Shown here: positions 51,078 to 59,994 of the stretch, one piece after another
Layout: every line of letters begins with the position of its first letter
Numbering within the stretch: the stretch's first letter is position 1
Assembly (NCBI GenBank): GCA_963726055.1
Contig: CAVSAP010000006.1
Span: forward strand, 1,319,345 to 1,383,344
Length of the DNA stretch: 64,000 nucleotides
Source: an uncultured Chloroflexia bacterium
Lineage (GTDB): Bacteria; Chloroflexota; Limnocylindria; Limnocylindrales; CSP1-4
Direction: 5' to 3'
Notes under the pieces: model-generated
The model's input: only the letters and a program-made list of their open reading frames with translations
What the model was told of the DNA's origin: nothing
Databases searched by the model: none
Position numbers and translations under genes: made by a program

Positions 51078-51628
51078 ATCAGGCCGCAGTAACGAGCCGT
51101 GTTCGGCCACGGGTAGAAGCCGCGCCCGCTTCTGTGCGCGCGCTCGGCGACCCACATCTGCTCGACCGCCGTCCAGCGGTCCGCCGTGCCCTTGCGGCGC
51201 AGGAGCTCGGGGCCGTACGCGCGCTGGAAGCTGATGTCCATCTGCAGCCCGCCGTAGTAGCCGTTGCCGGTCCGCGTGCTCCACCCCTGCGCGGGACTAC
51301 GCTCGTAGCGGTGGATGCAGAGCCAGGCCCCGCGGTGCGGTGGATTCGCGGCCTGATGCTCGGCTGCGCGCGCCCTCGCTCGCCAGAGATCGCGGATCCG
51401 CTCGACGTACTTCTCGTCGTCGACCCGTCGCTCGCGGTAGCTCGTGGGCGTCTTCGGCTTGTGCATCAGGGACTGCCAGCGCCAGGTCTCGACCCGAAAC
51501 TCGTCGATCTGCTCCAGCTGCGCGACCCGCGTCGAGGACGCGGACGCTGCATTCGGCTGCGGGAACGCGCCCGCGCCGAGGGAAAGTGCGCCCAGAAGCA
51601 CGAACAGGCGCACGGATAGGGTTCTCAC
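51074..51628 (-). CDS. secreted transglycosylase-like (Rpf-like) domain protein
   Basis: AAGGAGAA SD before GTG 51628. Signal peptide present. WLCIHRYE...GNGYYGGLQM matches the Rpf/transglycosylase-like core. Confidence 0.7.
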   Translation of the reverse strand: MRTLSVRLFVLLGALSLGAGAFPQPNAASASSTRVAQLEQIDEFRVETWRWQSLMHKPKTPTSYRERRVDDEKYVERIRDLWRARARAAEHQAANPPHRGAWLCIHRYERSPAQGWSTRTGNGYYGGLQMDISFQRAYGPELLRRKGTADRWTAVEQMWVAERAHRSGRGFYPWPNTARYCGLI

Positions 51629-51636
51629 TCAGTTCT

Positions 51637-51753
51637 CCTTGCTCGGGAACACGGTCGGCGGTTCGGGTGCGGAAAAGCCGCAGTGGCACCCGGACGGCAC
51701 GTCTATTGCGTGCGCAGGGTAGCAGCAAGGTTGTTTGCAAACGGTAAGTCTTG
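51637..51753 (-). promoter_or_regulatory. structured 5' leader of the rpf-like gene with an SD-sequestering helix
   Basis: On the transcript strand CCUUGCU (51724-51730) can pair with AGCAAGG (51637-51643), which overlaps the SD. The pair encloses 80 nt with hairpins GCACG-CAAUAGA-CGUGC and CGGGU..GCGG-CUUUU-CCGC-ACCCG. Confidence 0.35.
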
Positions 51754-52428
51754 CTACGTGCGGACGACCGTCCCCGCGTACAAAAGTCCTGCACCTAGGG
51801 CTACGAAGACGGCAGTCTGCGCCGCGCCGAGCCCGGCGAGCGCGCTGCCGGCGGCCGCCACGGTGAAGCCCGCGAGCAGCAGAACGTTGCCGACCGGGCG
51901 ACGTCGCAGGCCCGCGACGGCGACCCCGATCAGCGCCAGCGAGCCTGCGGCGTTGCCGGCGATCGCCAGCACCCGGGCAGGGAAGAGGCTCAGGTGCTCC
52001 TGCGCTTCGGGGATCGCGGTGCCGGCGATCGTTCCGTGCAGAGGCACGCCAAGGGCAACGCCGGCCGCAAGTCCTGTGTAGACCAGCGCGATCGGCCCGG
52101 CGGCGCGGACACCGATGCCGAGCAGCGAGCCGGTGCCCAGGAGCGCTGCGGTCAGGAGCCCGCCGCAGAGGTAGTAGGCGCGAAACACACCGTCGTTCCA
52201 GCCGGCGGCCGCACCCCACGCGATTGCCGCCGCCCCGAGCGCGTAGGCGGCGAGGCCGGCGCTCCAGGCCAGAAGCTGCGGCTCACGCCGCTCCCGCCAG
52301 CGCGACGCAAGCCGACCGGCGAGCCGCAACGTCAGGAGCGCCGCGGCGAAGGCGAGGAGCGCTTCCACGCCGAGAGCGTAGTGAGATTGTGTTTCTGAAA
52401 CACAAGCGACCTCGCCCCGCGCAACCAT
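51754..52428 (-). CDS. polytopic membrane protein (hypothetical)
   Basis: Six or seven hydrophobic segments rich in Ala/Gly/Leu. The start is uncertain (ATG 52428 or GTG 52377). Confidence 0.5.
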   Translation of the reverse strand: MVARGEVACVSETQSHYALGVEALLAFAAALLTLRLAGRLASRWRERREPQLLAWSAGLAAYALGAAAIAWGAAAGWNDGVFRAYYLCGGLLTAALLGTGSLLGIGVRAAGPIALVYTGLAAGVALGVPLHGTIAGTAIPEAQEHLSLFPARVLAIAGNAAGSLALIGVAVAGLRRRPVGNVLLLAGFTVAAAGSALAGLGAAQTAVFVALGAGLLYAGTVVRT

Positions 52429-52463
52429 GCGGGCGAGAGGGGCCTTGTGTTTCTGAAACACAA
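52387..52463. promoter_or_regulatory. two identical 19-bp palindromes (TTGTGTTTC-T-GAAACACAA), candidate operator pair
   Basis: Exact copies at 52387-52405 and 52445-52463. They flank an imperfect GC-rich inverted repeat and sit between or overlapping the divergent membrane-protein gene and the aminotransferase-serA operon. Confidence 0.55.
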
Positions 52464-52500
52464 AGTGCTCCACGTCTCGGCGCCACGCTAGGCTGCGGCG

Positions 52501-53655
52501 ATGGCGCAGAAGCGGTACCTGTTCACGCCCGGACCGACCCCGGTGCCGCCGCAGGTGCTCGCCGCGCTCGCCGAGCAGGTGATCCACCATCGAGCGCCGG
52601 ACTTCCGCGAGGTGTACGCACGGGTGCTCGGCCGGCTGAAGGAGGTCCACCGGACCTCGTCGGAAGTGCTCCTCTTCACGTGCTCGGGCACCGGTGGCTT
52701 CGAGTCGGCGATCGTCAACCTCTGCTCGCCGGGCGAGCGCGTGCTCGCCGTCTCGGCCGGGTCGTTCGGCGAGCGCTGGGCGGCGATGGCGCGCACGTTC
52801 GGCTGCGAGGTCGAGGAGCTCCGCTACGCGTGGGGCGAGACTCCGACCGCAGAGGATCTCACGCGCAAGCTCGCGGAGATCGACCCGGTCTCGCTCGTCT
52901 TTCTCGTCCACTCCGAGACCTCGACCGGCGTCGTCGCGGACATCCAGGCTCTCGCCGCGGCCGCCAAGGAGGCCGGCGCGCTGGTCGTCGTCGACGCCGT
53001 CTCGAGCCTCGGCGCCGTGCCGCTGGAGATGGACGACTGGGGCCTCGACGTCGTCGTTTCCGGCTCCCAGAAGGCGCTGATGACGCCGCCCGGTCTCGCG
53101 ACCGCCGCCGTTTCGCCGGCTGCCTGGGAGCAGGTCGCCCGGTCGACGATGCCGAGCTTCTACTTCAACTGGGAACGGACGCGGAAGGCGCAGGAGCTGG
53201 TCGACAGCGCCTTCACCCCGGCCGTGTCGCTCATCGTCGCGCTCGACGTCGCGCTCGGACTGCTGCTCGATGGCGGCCTCGACGACGCGTTCGAGCGCCA
53301 CCTACGCCTCGGCCGCGCCTGCCGCGCCGGGATCAAGGCGATGGGCCTCGAGCTCTTCTCGCCGGACGAGGATCGCTCCGCGGTCGTCACCGCGGTCCGG
53401 ATGCCCGACGGGATGGATTCCGCCGAGCTGGCGCGCGCGCTCCGCGACCGCCACGGCATCACGATCGCCGGCGGCCAGGGCGAGCTGAAGGGCGTGATCT
53501 TCCGGATCGGCCACATCGGCTGGTACGACGAGTTCGATATCGCCACCGCACTCTCCGCCGTCGAGCTCGTGCTCGGCGAGCTCGGTGCGCCGATCGAGCG
53601 CGGGGCCGCGGCGACGCGGGCGCTCGAGGTGTACGCGGAAGGGGCGAAGGTCTGA
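52501..53655 (+). CDS. class V aminotransferase (serine-glyoxylate / phosphoserine aminotransferase-like)
   Basis: YLFTPGPTPVP..., SGSQKALM (PLP lysine). Intact at 384 aa. Confidence 0.85.
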   Translation: MAQKRYLFTPGPTPVPPQVLAALAEQVIHHRAPDFREVYARVLGRLKEVHRTSSEVLLFTCSGTGGFESAIVNLCSPGERVLAVSAGSFGERWAAMARTFGCEVEELRYAWGETPTAEDLTRKLAEIDPVSLVFLVHSETSTGVVADIQALAAAAKEAGALVVVDAVSSLGAVPLEMDDWGLDVVVSGSQKALMTPPGLATAAVSPAAWEQVARSTMPSFYFNWERTRKAQELVDSAFTPAVSLIVALDVALGLLLDGGLDDAFERHLRLGRACRAGIKAMGLELFSPDEDRSAVVTAVRMPDGMDSAELARALRDRHGITIAGGQGELKGVIFRIGHIGWYDEFDIATALSAVELVLGELGAPIERGAAATRALEVYAEGAKV

Positions 53656-55208
53656 AGGTTCTCGTACGGGAGACGATCGCGCCGGCGGGCGTCGAGCTCC
53701 TGCGCGCTCGCTTCGACGTGGACGAGGACGCCGACTCCCCGCTCGAGGAGATCATCGGCCGCTACGACGCGATCGTCATCCGCTCGGCGACGAAGCTGAC
53801 CGCCGACGTCATCGATCGCGCGGAGCGCCTGAAGGTGATCGGCCGCGCGGGAGTCGGGATCGACAACGTCGACGTCGAAGCGGCGACGCGCCGCGGGATC
53901 GTTGTCGCGAACGCTCCCGACTCGACGGTCGTCTCCGCCGCCGAGCACACGATCGGCCTCCTCGTAGCGCTCGCCCGCAACATCCCGCAGGCCCACGCCG
54001 CATTGAAGGACGGGCGCTGGGAGCGGTCGCGCTGGGGCGGGGTCGAGCTCGCCGACAAGACGCTCGGCGTCCTCGGCTTCGGCCGGATCGGCAGGCAGGT
54101 GGCCCGTCGGGCCCTGGGGCTCGGCATGCACGTGATCGGCTACGACCCGTTCGTCGTGCCCGAGCGCTTCCGCGAGCTCGGCGTCGACTACGCCGAGAGT
54201 CCGGAGTCCGTCCTCGAGGCCGCCGACTTCCTCACGCTCCATCTGCCGCTGACCGAGGAGACGCGGGGCTTCGTGGGCGAGGACGCGCTCGGGAAGATGC
54301 GCGACGGCGTCCGGATCGTCAACGCCGCACGCGGCGAGCTCGTCGACGAGGCGGCGCTCGCAGCGGCGGTCCGCTCCGGCAAGGTCGCGGGCGCGGCGCT
54401 CGACGTCTTCTCCGCCGAGCCCTACGAGGGCGAGCTCCTGGAGTTCGAGAACGTCATTGTGACGCCCCATCTGGCCGCGTCGACCGATGAGGCTCAGGAC
54501 CGTGCTGGCCTGATCGTCGCGGAGCAGGTCGTGGCTGCGCTCGACGGCGGCCTCGTCACGAACGCGGTCAACATCCCGGTGATCGGCTCCGAGGATCTCG
54601 AGGTCCTCGGGCCGTACATCCCGCTCGCGGCGAAGCTCGGCCGGCTTGCGGTCGAGCTCGCCGGCGGCCATCCGCGCCGGATCGCTCTCTCCTTTCACGG
54701 CGGGATCGCCGATCACGACACGCGGCTGTTGACGGTCGCGGCGCTGAACGGCGCTTTCCAGGGCCGGGTCGAGCAGGGCGTCAACTACGTCAACGCGCCC
54801 GTGATCGCCGCGGAACGAGGGATCGAGGTGACCGAGCAGCGCTCGAGGAAAGCGCGCGACTACACGAACCTGGTCACCGTTGCGGTCGACGAGGTCGAGG
54901 TCTCCGGCACGACGATCGGCCCCGAGCCGCGCCTCTTCCTCGCCGGTGCTTTCGGGTTCGCGATCGACCTCCAGTTGTCTCCGCGGATGGTCTTCTTCCG
55001 CTACGACGACATCCCGGGCGTGATCGGGCGCGTCGGGACGATGTTCGGCGAGGCGGGCGTGAACATCGCGAACATGGCGGTGTCGCGGACGAAGGAGGGC
55101 GGCAAGGCGCTGATGGCGCTCGCAATCGACTCCGAGCCGCCGGCGGAGCTCGTCGAACGAATTCGTACTGAGGGCTTCGACGATGCCCGGTTCATCGTCC
55201 TCGGATAG
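53652..55208 (+). CDS. serA: D-3-phosphoglycerate dehydrogenase
   Basis: (L)KVLVRETIAP..., GFGRIGRQVA, ASB and ACT domains at the C-terminus. The only start-like codon is CTG 53652 within the CTGA overlap with the upstream stop. Confidence 0.85.
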   Translation: MKVLVRETIAPAGVELLRARFDVDEDADSPLEEIIGRYDAIVIRSATKLTADVIDRAERLKVIGRAGVGIDNVDVEAATRRGIVVANAPDSTVVSAAEHTIGLLVALARNIPQAHAALKDGRWERSRWGGVELADKTLGVLGFGRIGRQVARRALGLGMHVIGYDPFVVPERFRELGVDYAESPESVLEAADFLTLHLPLTEETRGFVGEDALGKMRDGVRIVNAARGELVDEAALAAAVRSGKVAGAALDVFSAEPYEGELLEFENVIVTPHLAASTDEAQDRAGLIVAEQVVAALDGGLVTNAVNIPVIGSEDLEVLGPYIPLAAKLGRLAVELAGGHPRRIALSFHGGIADHDTRLLTVAALNGAFQGRVEQGVNYVNAPVIAAERGIEVTEQRSRKARDYTNLVTVAVDEVEVSGTTIGPEPRLFLAGAFGFAIDLQLSPRMVFFRYDDIPGVIGRVGTMFGEAGVNIANMAVSRTKEGGKALMALAIDSEPPAELVERIRTEGFDDARFIVLG

Positions 55209-55632
55209 AGGAGCCGGCTGGGTCTGGGCCCAGTTCACGCTGATGGCCGTCATCCTCGCGCTCGGCGTGCTGCCGCCGCGCTGGCCCGAGTGGGTGCGCG
55301 TGCTCGGCGTCCTGTTGCTGCTCGCCGGCGTTGCGGTCTTCGTCTGGGCCGCACGAACGCTCGGCGGCTCGTTCACCGCGTACCCGCGGCCCCGGCCGGA
55401 GGGCGTACTCGTCGAGGATGGCCCGTACCGGTTCGTGCGGCACCCGGTCTACAGCGCCGGCGTCCTCGTCCTCCTCGGCTACGGATTGCTCACGAGCGTC
55501 GTGGCGACCGCGGCGGTTCCGGCGATCGCGGTCCTGTGGTGGCTGAAGTCGAGGGTCGAGGAGCGGCATCTGGCGGCGCGCTTTCCGGCGTACGCCGACT
55601 ACAGGCGCCGGGTGCGGCGCCGGATCTTCTAG
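55183..55632 (+). CDS. isoprenylcysteine carboxyl methyltransferase (ICMT)-family membrane protein
   Basis: GPYRFVRHPVYSAG...EERHLAARFPAYADY. The start is uncertain. Confidence 0.6.
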   Translation: MPGSSSSDRGAGWVWAQFTLMAVILALGVLPPRWPEWVRVLGVLLLLAGVAVFVWAARTLGGSFTAYPRPRPEGVLVEDGPYRFVRHPVYSAGVLVLLGYGLLTSVVATAAVPAIAVLWWLKSRVEERHLAARFPAYADYRRRVRRRIF

Positions 55633-55656
55633 CTTCCCGGACGATATTCTCGGGCC

Positions 55657-56142
55657 GTGAGCGCAGCCTGGCCGGAGCCGGTCGAACGGGTCGCCGCCTA
55701 CCTTCGGGGGGCGGGCGCCGAAGCGCGGCTGGAGGAGCTCGAGTCCGCCACGGAGACCGCCGAGGACGCGGCACGTGCGGCGGGGTCCCCGCTCGCCCAG
55801 ATCGTGAAGTCGATCGTCGTCGTCTGTGACGACCGCGCGGTGATGGCCCTCGTTCCCGGCGACCGCCGTGCCGACCTGGACAAGATCGCGCGCGCCGCGA
55901 ACGCAGCGGCGGCGCGGATCGCGACTGCTGCTGAGGTTCGGGACTCGACGGGCTTCGCGCCGGGCTCTGTCGCTCCGTTCCCGTTGCCGAAGGTCGAGCT
56001 CGTCCTGATCGACCAGGGCCTGCTCGCCCACGAGACGGTCTGGATCGGCGCCGGGTCGCCCACGCACCTGGCGGCCTTGAGCCCCGGCGACCTGGTTCGA
56101 CTCGCCCGCGCCCGCCCGATCGACGCCGTCCAGGAGGCATGA
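55657..56142 (+). CDS. YbaK/EbsC-type aminoacyl-tRNA deacylase
   Basis: IVKSIVVVCDDRAVMALVPGDRRADLDKIA...GFAPGSVAPF. Confidence 0.7.
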   Translation: MSAAWPEPVERVAAYLRGAGAEARLEELESATETAEDAARAAGSPLAQIVKSIVVVCDDRAVMALVPGDRRADLDKIARAANAAAARIATAAEVRDSTGFAPGSVAPFPLPKVELVLIDQGLLAHETVWIGAGSPTHLAALSPGDLVRLARARPIDAVQEA

Positions 56143-56171
56143 GCGGAAGCTAGACGGGCGGCTCCAGTACG

Positions 56172-57119
56172 ATGCGCACTGCGATGCGCGAGACCAGCAC
56201 GATCTGGATGAACGGCGAGTTCGTCGATTGGGCCGACGCAAAGGTTCACGTCGGCGTTCACGGGCTGCACTACGGCACGGGCGTCTTCGAGGGCATCCGC
56301 TGCTACGAGACGCCTGATGGTCCGGCCGTCTTCCGGCTCCGCGAGCATCTCCAGCGGTTGGACAACTCGGCGAAGCTCCTCTACATGGACCTGCCGTTCA
56401 CGGTCGACGAGATCCGCACGGCCATTCATGAGCTGGTCGGCCGGAACGGGCTCGCCGAGTGCTACCTCCGCCCGTTCGCGTTCTACGGCTACGGCGAGCT
56501 CGGGGTGAGCACGAAGGGCAACCCGGTCGAGGTCGTCGTCATGAGCTGGCCGTGGGGGAACTACCTCGGCGACGAGAACGCGGCCACGGGCATTCGCTGC
56601 AAGATCTCCTCCTGGAAGCGGATCGGCGCGAACACCATTCCGCACGTCGCGAAGGCGACCGGCATCTACCTCAACTCGATGCTCGCGGTGCACGAGGCGC
56701 AGAACGCCGGCTACGACGAGGCGATCCTGCTCACCGACGACGGCTTCGTCGCCGACGGCTCGGGCGAGAACATCTTCGTGGTCAAGGACGGCAAGATCTG
56801 GACGCCGCCGCTCTCCACCTCGATCCTGCCCGGGATCACGCGCGACAGCGTCATCCAGATCGCCCAGGATCTCGGCTACGTCGTCGAGGAAGGGCACATC
56901 ATCCGCTCCGATCTCTATCTCGCCGAGGAGATCTTCATGACGGGTACCGCCGCCGAGGTGATGCCCGTGAGCTCGGTCGACGATCACGAAATCGGTGCCG
57001 GCCCGATCACGCTCGAGTTGCAGAAGGCGTATCTCGACACCGTGCGCGGCAAGTCGGACCGCTGGGGTCACTGGCTCGACCGCGTCGCGGTGGGCGACAA
57101 GACTCCCGCCCAGGCGTGA
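56172..57119 (+). CDS. ilvE: branched-chain amino acid aminotransferase
   Basis: IWMNGEFV, GLHYGTGVFEGIR, KATGIYLNS, GITR, TGTAAEV. Confidence 0.9.
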   Translation: MRTAMRETSTIWMNGEFVDWADAKVHVGVHGLHYGTGVFEGIRCYETPDGPAVFRLREHLQRLDNSAKLLYMDLPFTVDEIRTAIHELVGRNGLAECYLRPFAFYGYGELGVSTKGNPVEVVVMSWPWGNYLGDENAATGIRCKISSWKRIGANTIPHVAKATGIYLNSMLAVHEAQNAGYDEAILLTDDGFVADGSGENIFVVKDGKIWTPPLSTSILPGITRDSVIQIAQDLGYVVEEGHIIRSDLYLAEEIFMTGTAAEVMPVSSVDDHEIGAGPITLELQKAYLDTVRGKSDRWGHWLDRVAVGDKTPAQA

Positions 57120-58239
57120 GAGCGGCCACGCGGCCGATCCCGCTCTCGTCGCCGTATCTCGACGAGCGCGACGAGGAGCTCGTGCTCGAGGTACTCCGGT
57201 CCGGCCGTCTCTCGCTCGGGCCGGCGATCGACCGCTTCGAGGAGCTCTTCGCCGAGAAGGTCGGGGCGCCGTACGCGGCTGCCGTCTCCTCGGGCACGTC
57301 TGGCCTGCACCTGCTCGCGGTGATCGCCGGCCTGGGGGAGGGGGACGAGGTGATCACCTCGCCGTACTCCTTCGTTGCCTCGGCGAATTGCTTCATCCAC
57401 GAAGGTGCGACGCCCGTCTTCGCAGACGTCGACGAGCGGACGATGAACCTCGATCCCGCAGCCGTGGAGGCCGCGATCACGGAGAAGACGAAGGCGGTCG
57501 TCGCGGTCGACATCTTCGGCTATCCCGTGTGAGCTCGACCCGATCCGCGAGCTGTGCGCACAGCATGGCCTGACGCTGATCCAGGACTCCTGCGAGGCGC
57601 TTGGCGCCGAGTACAAGGGCAGGGTCGTGGGCTCGCACGGCGTCGACGCAGTCTTCGCGTTCTACCCGAACAAGCAGATGACGACCGGCGAGGGCGGGAT
57701 GGTCACGACGTCGTCCGAGGAGACCCGGCCTTCAGCTCGTCAGCCTGCGCAACCAGGGCCGCACCGACGGCGGCGGCTGGCTCGACCACGGTCGCCTGGG
57801 CTTCAACTACCGGATCGACGACGTGCGCGCGGCGCTCGGGATCGGCCAGCTCGAGAAGCTGGACCGGATCCTCGCCATGCGCCAGGCCGCGGCGGCGCGC
57901 TACGGGGAGCTGCTCGCCGGCGTCGAGGGGCTCGAGGTCCCGCTCGCCGACGACACCGACCACGTGCGTTCGTGGTTCGTCTACGTCGTCACGCTCGCGC
58001 GCGGCACCGACCGCGAGCGGGTGATCGCAGAGCTCGAGCGCCAGGGGATCGCGACGTCGCGCTACCTGCCCTCGATCCACCTGCAGGCCTACATGCGCGA
58101 GCGCTACGGCTTCAGCGAAGGTCTCTGCCCCGTCTCGGAGGATCTCTCGCAGCGCACGCTCGCGCTGCCGTTCTTCACGGCGATCGAAGCGGAGGACCAG
58201 GAACGCGTGGCCGAGGCGTTGACGGCCGCCCTGGCCTAG
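57116..58239 (+). pseudogene. DegT/DnrJ/EryC1/StrS-family sugar aminotransferase, three frame breaks
   Basis: GTGA overlap with ilvE. Motifs SSGTSGLHL, FYPNKQMTTGEGGMV (PLP lysine), LALPFF. Breaks lie near 57525, 57725 and 57800. Confidence 0.75.
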
Positions 58240-59060
58240 GCGAGGCGCTCGTCGCCTGGGCGCTGCTCGGGCTCGAGGCGACCGCGACACTCGTCACCTA
58301 CTCGCGCCTGCCGCCCGAGGCGCTGTACAACGTCGACCAGGCGGGCGACCTCGCCGCCGGCCTCGGCCGCACGCTTGTCCTCCTCAACTATCCGTTCGCG
58401 CTCGCGGCAATCGGGCTGGCTGCGCTCGCGGGCGGGCCGAGACTGCTCGTGTGGCTGTCAATCGGGCTCTGCCTGGTGACGGCCGTCCCGGGTGTCGTCG
58501 ACCAGAGTGACCTCGATGCGCGCTGGATCAACGTGCTGCCGGCCGTCGGTGTCGGGCTTGCGCTCTGGCTGACCGTCACCGCCGCCCGTCGCCGGGGCGC
58601 CGGCTTCACCGGCCGCGCGCGCGGCGACCCGCTTCGGCTCGTGCTCGCTGTACTCCTTGTCTTCATCGCGCTGCCGTGGATCGCGGCCGAGACCGGCTTC
58701 TACTTCCCCGGCGACTTCTTCATGGGCGAGGAGGTGCCGCCCGTCCGAGACGCGGGCCTCGCCGCCGTGCACCTCGGCTTCCACCACGGCGGCGGCGGCG
58801 TCGTGCTCGCGTTGATCGCGCTCCTCCTCTCGCGTGTGCCGGCCGGCCGTGCGCTGCGTGCGTATCTGTCACTGCAGCTCGTCTACGGGGTCGCAAACGC
58901 GTTCCAGGACGCCTGGAACGAGCAGCTCTGGAAGCGAGACTGGGTGGGGTGGCATGCACCGGGTGTCCTCAAGCCGGAGCTCACGCTCGGCTGGCTGGGC
59001 ATCCTTGTCGTCGCCGGCGCCGTCTACTGGCTCTGGTTCCGCCCGCCGCGTCAGGGATAA
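58239..59060 (+). CDS. polytopic membrane protein (hypothetical), start unresolved
   Basis: The C-terminal 270 codons of ORF 57627-59060 hold 6-7 TM segments. No canonical start lies near the DegT stop. Confidence 0.4.
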   Translation, partial: GEALVAWALLGLEATATLVTYSRLPPEALYNVDQAGDLAAGLGRTLVLLNYPFALAAIGLAALAGGPRLLVWLSIGLCLVTAVPGVVDQSDLDARWINVLPAVGVGLALWLTVTAARRRGAGFTGRARGDPLRLVLAVLLVFIALPWIAAETGFYFPGDFFMGEEVPPVRDAGLAAVHLGFHHGGGGVVLALIALLLSRVPAGRALRAYLSLQLVYGVANAFQDAWNEQLWKRDWVGWHAPGVLKPELTLGWLGILVVAGAVYWLWFRPPRQG

Positions 59061-59067
59061 TCGACGC

Positions 59068-59416
59068 ATGGACGGTCGCATGGTCTTCCTCGGCTTCGGC
59101 AAGTGGGCGCGTGCCGACAAGATCTACGCGCTGCAGCCGATCACGCGGCGACAACCGCGGCGGCGGCCAGAGGACGCTCGTCTGGGTCGAGGGCGTCCCC
59201 GACCCGATCGTCGCCTCCCGAACCGAGCGGACGATCCTGCACGACATGGGCCAGGATGCGACCGGCTCGCCGCTTCTCGACGAGGCGCTCTCGCTTGCCG
59301 AACGGTTGGCGGAGGACGCTTCCACCGGCCGGGTCGACCTGGCCGATCTCGGTCGCCGGGCACGCAAGCTGCTCGAATCGTCGAGCCGGCCGCCCGAGGG
59401 CTCACAGCTCTTCTAG
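59068..59416 (+). pseudogene. DUF370 (RemA-like) protein, one frame break
   Basis: MDGRMVFLGFGKWARADKIYALQPI in one frame continues as ...GGGQRTLVWVEGVPDPIVASRTERTILHDMG in ORF 58676-59416. The break is near 59145. Confidence 0.5.
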
Positions 59417-59418
59417 AG

Positions 59419-59994
59419 ATGCTCTCGCGCGAGTTCTTCGCCCGGAGCGTCCACGAGGTCGCGCCGGAGCTGATCGGCGTCACGCTGCTCGTGAACGGAG
59501 TGGGCGGGCCGATCGTCGAGGCGGAGGCCTACGAGTCGGCGGTCGACCCGTCGGCGCACGGCTTTCGTGGGCGGACGCCGAGGAACGCGTCGATGTTCGG
59601 CCCGCCCGGCCGCGCGTACGTCTATCGCTCGTACGGCATCCACTGGTGCCTGAACCTCGTCTGCGAGGGCGAGGGGAGCGCTGCGGCGGTGCTGATCCGC
59701 GGGCTCGAACCGGTCCACGGGATCGAGCTGATGGAGAAGCGCCGCGGTCTCGTCGATCCGCGGCTGCTCTGCGCCGGCCCAGGCCGGCTCTGCCAGGCGC
59801 TCGGCGTCACGCGCGACCACGACGGGCTGCCGCTCGACGAGCATCCGTTCGAGCTGCTGCCGGCGGACTCGGCGCGGACGGTCGTCGCCGGACCGCGAAT
59901 CGGCATCAGCGTCGCGACCGACCTGCCGTGGCGCTACTGCGCTGCCGGCTCGCCGTACCTCAGCCGGCCGCTACCGCCGCCGCGCCGCTCCTAG
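59419..59994 (+). CDS. mpg: DNA-3-methyladenine glycosylase (Mpg/AAG family)
   Basis: FFARSVHEVAPELIG, VEAEAY, DPSAHGFRGRTPRN, MFGPPGRAYVY. Confidence 0.8.
   Translation: MLSREFFARSVHEVAPELIGVTLLVNGVGGPIVEAEAYESAVDPSAHGFRGRTPRNASMFGPPGRAYVYRSYGIHWCLNLVCEGEGSAAAVLIRGLEPVHGIELMEKRRGLVDPRLLCAGPGRLCQALGVTRDHDGLPLDEHPFELLPADSARTVVAGPRIGISVATDLPWRYCAAGSPYLSRPLPPPRRS

Noticed and set aside
52387-52463. Interpreting the palindromes as CRP/FNR-family sites, NrdR boxes or ARG boxes.
   Set aside because: The CRP core is TGTGA-N6-TCACA (TGTG-N8-CACA), whereas here the spacing is TGTG-N9-CACA. NrdR boxes have the opposite polarity (ACAC...GTGT). The ARG-box TGAAT/ATTCA halves are absent.
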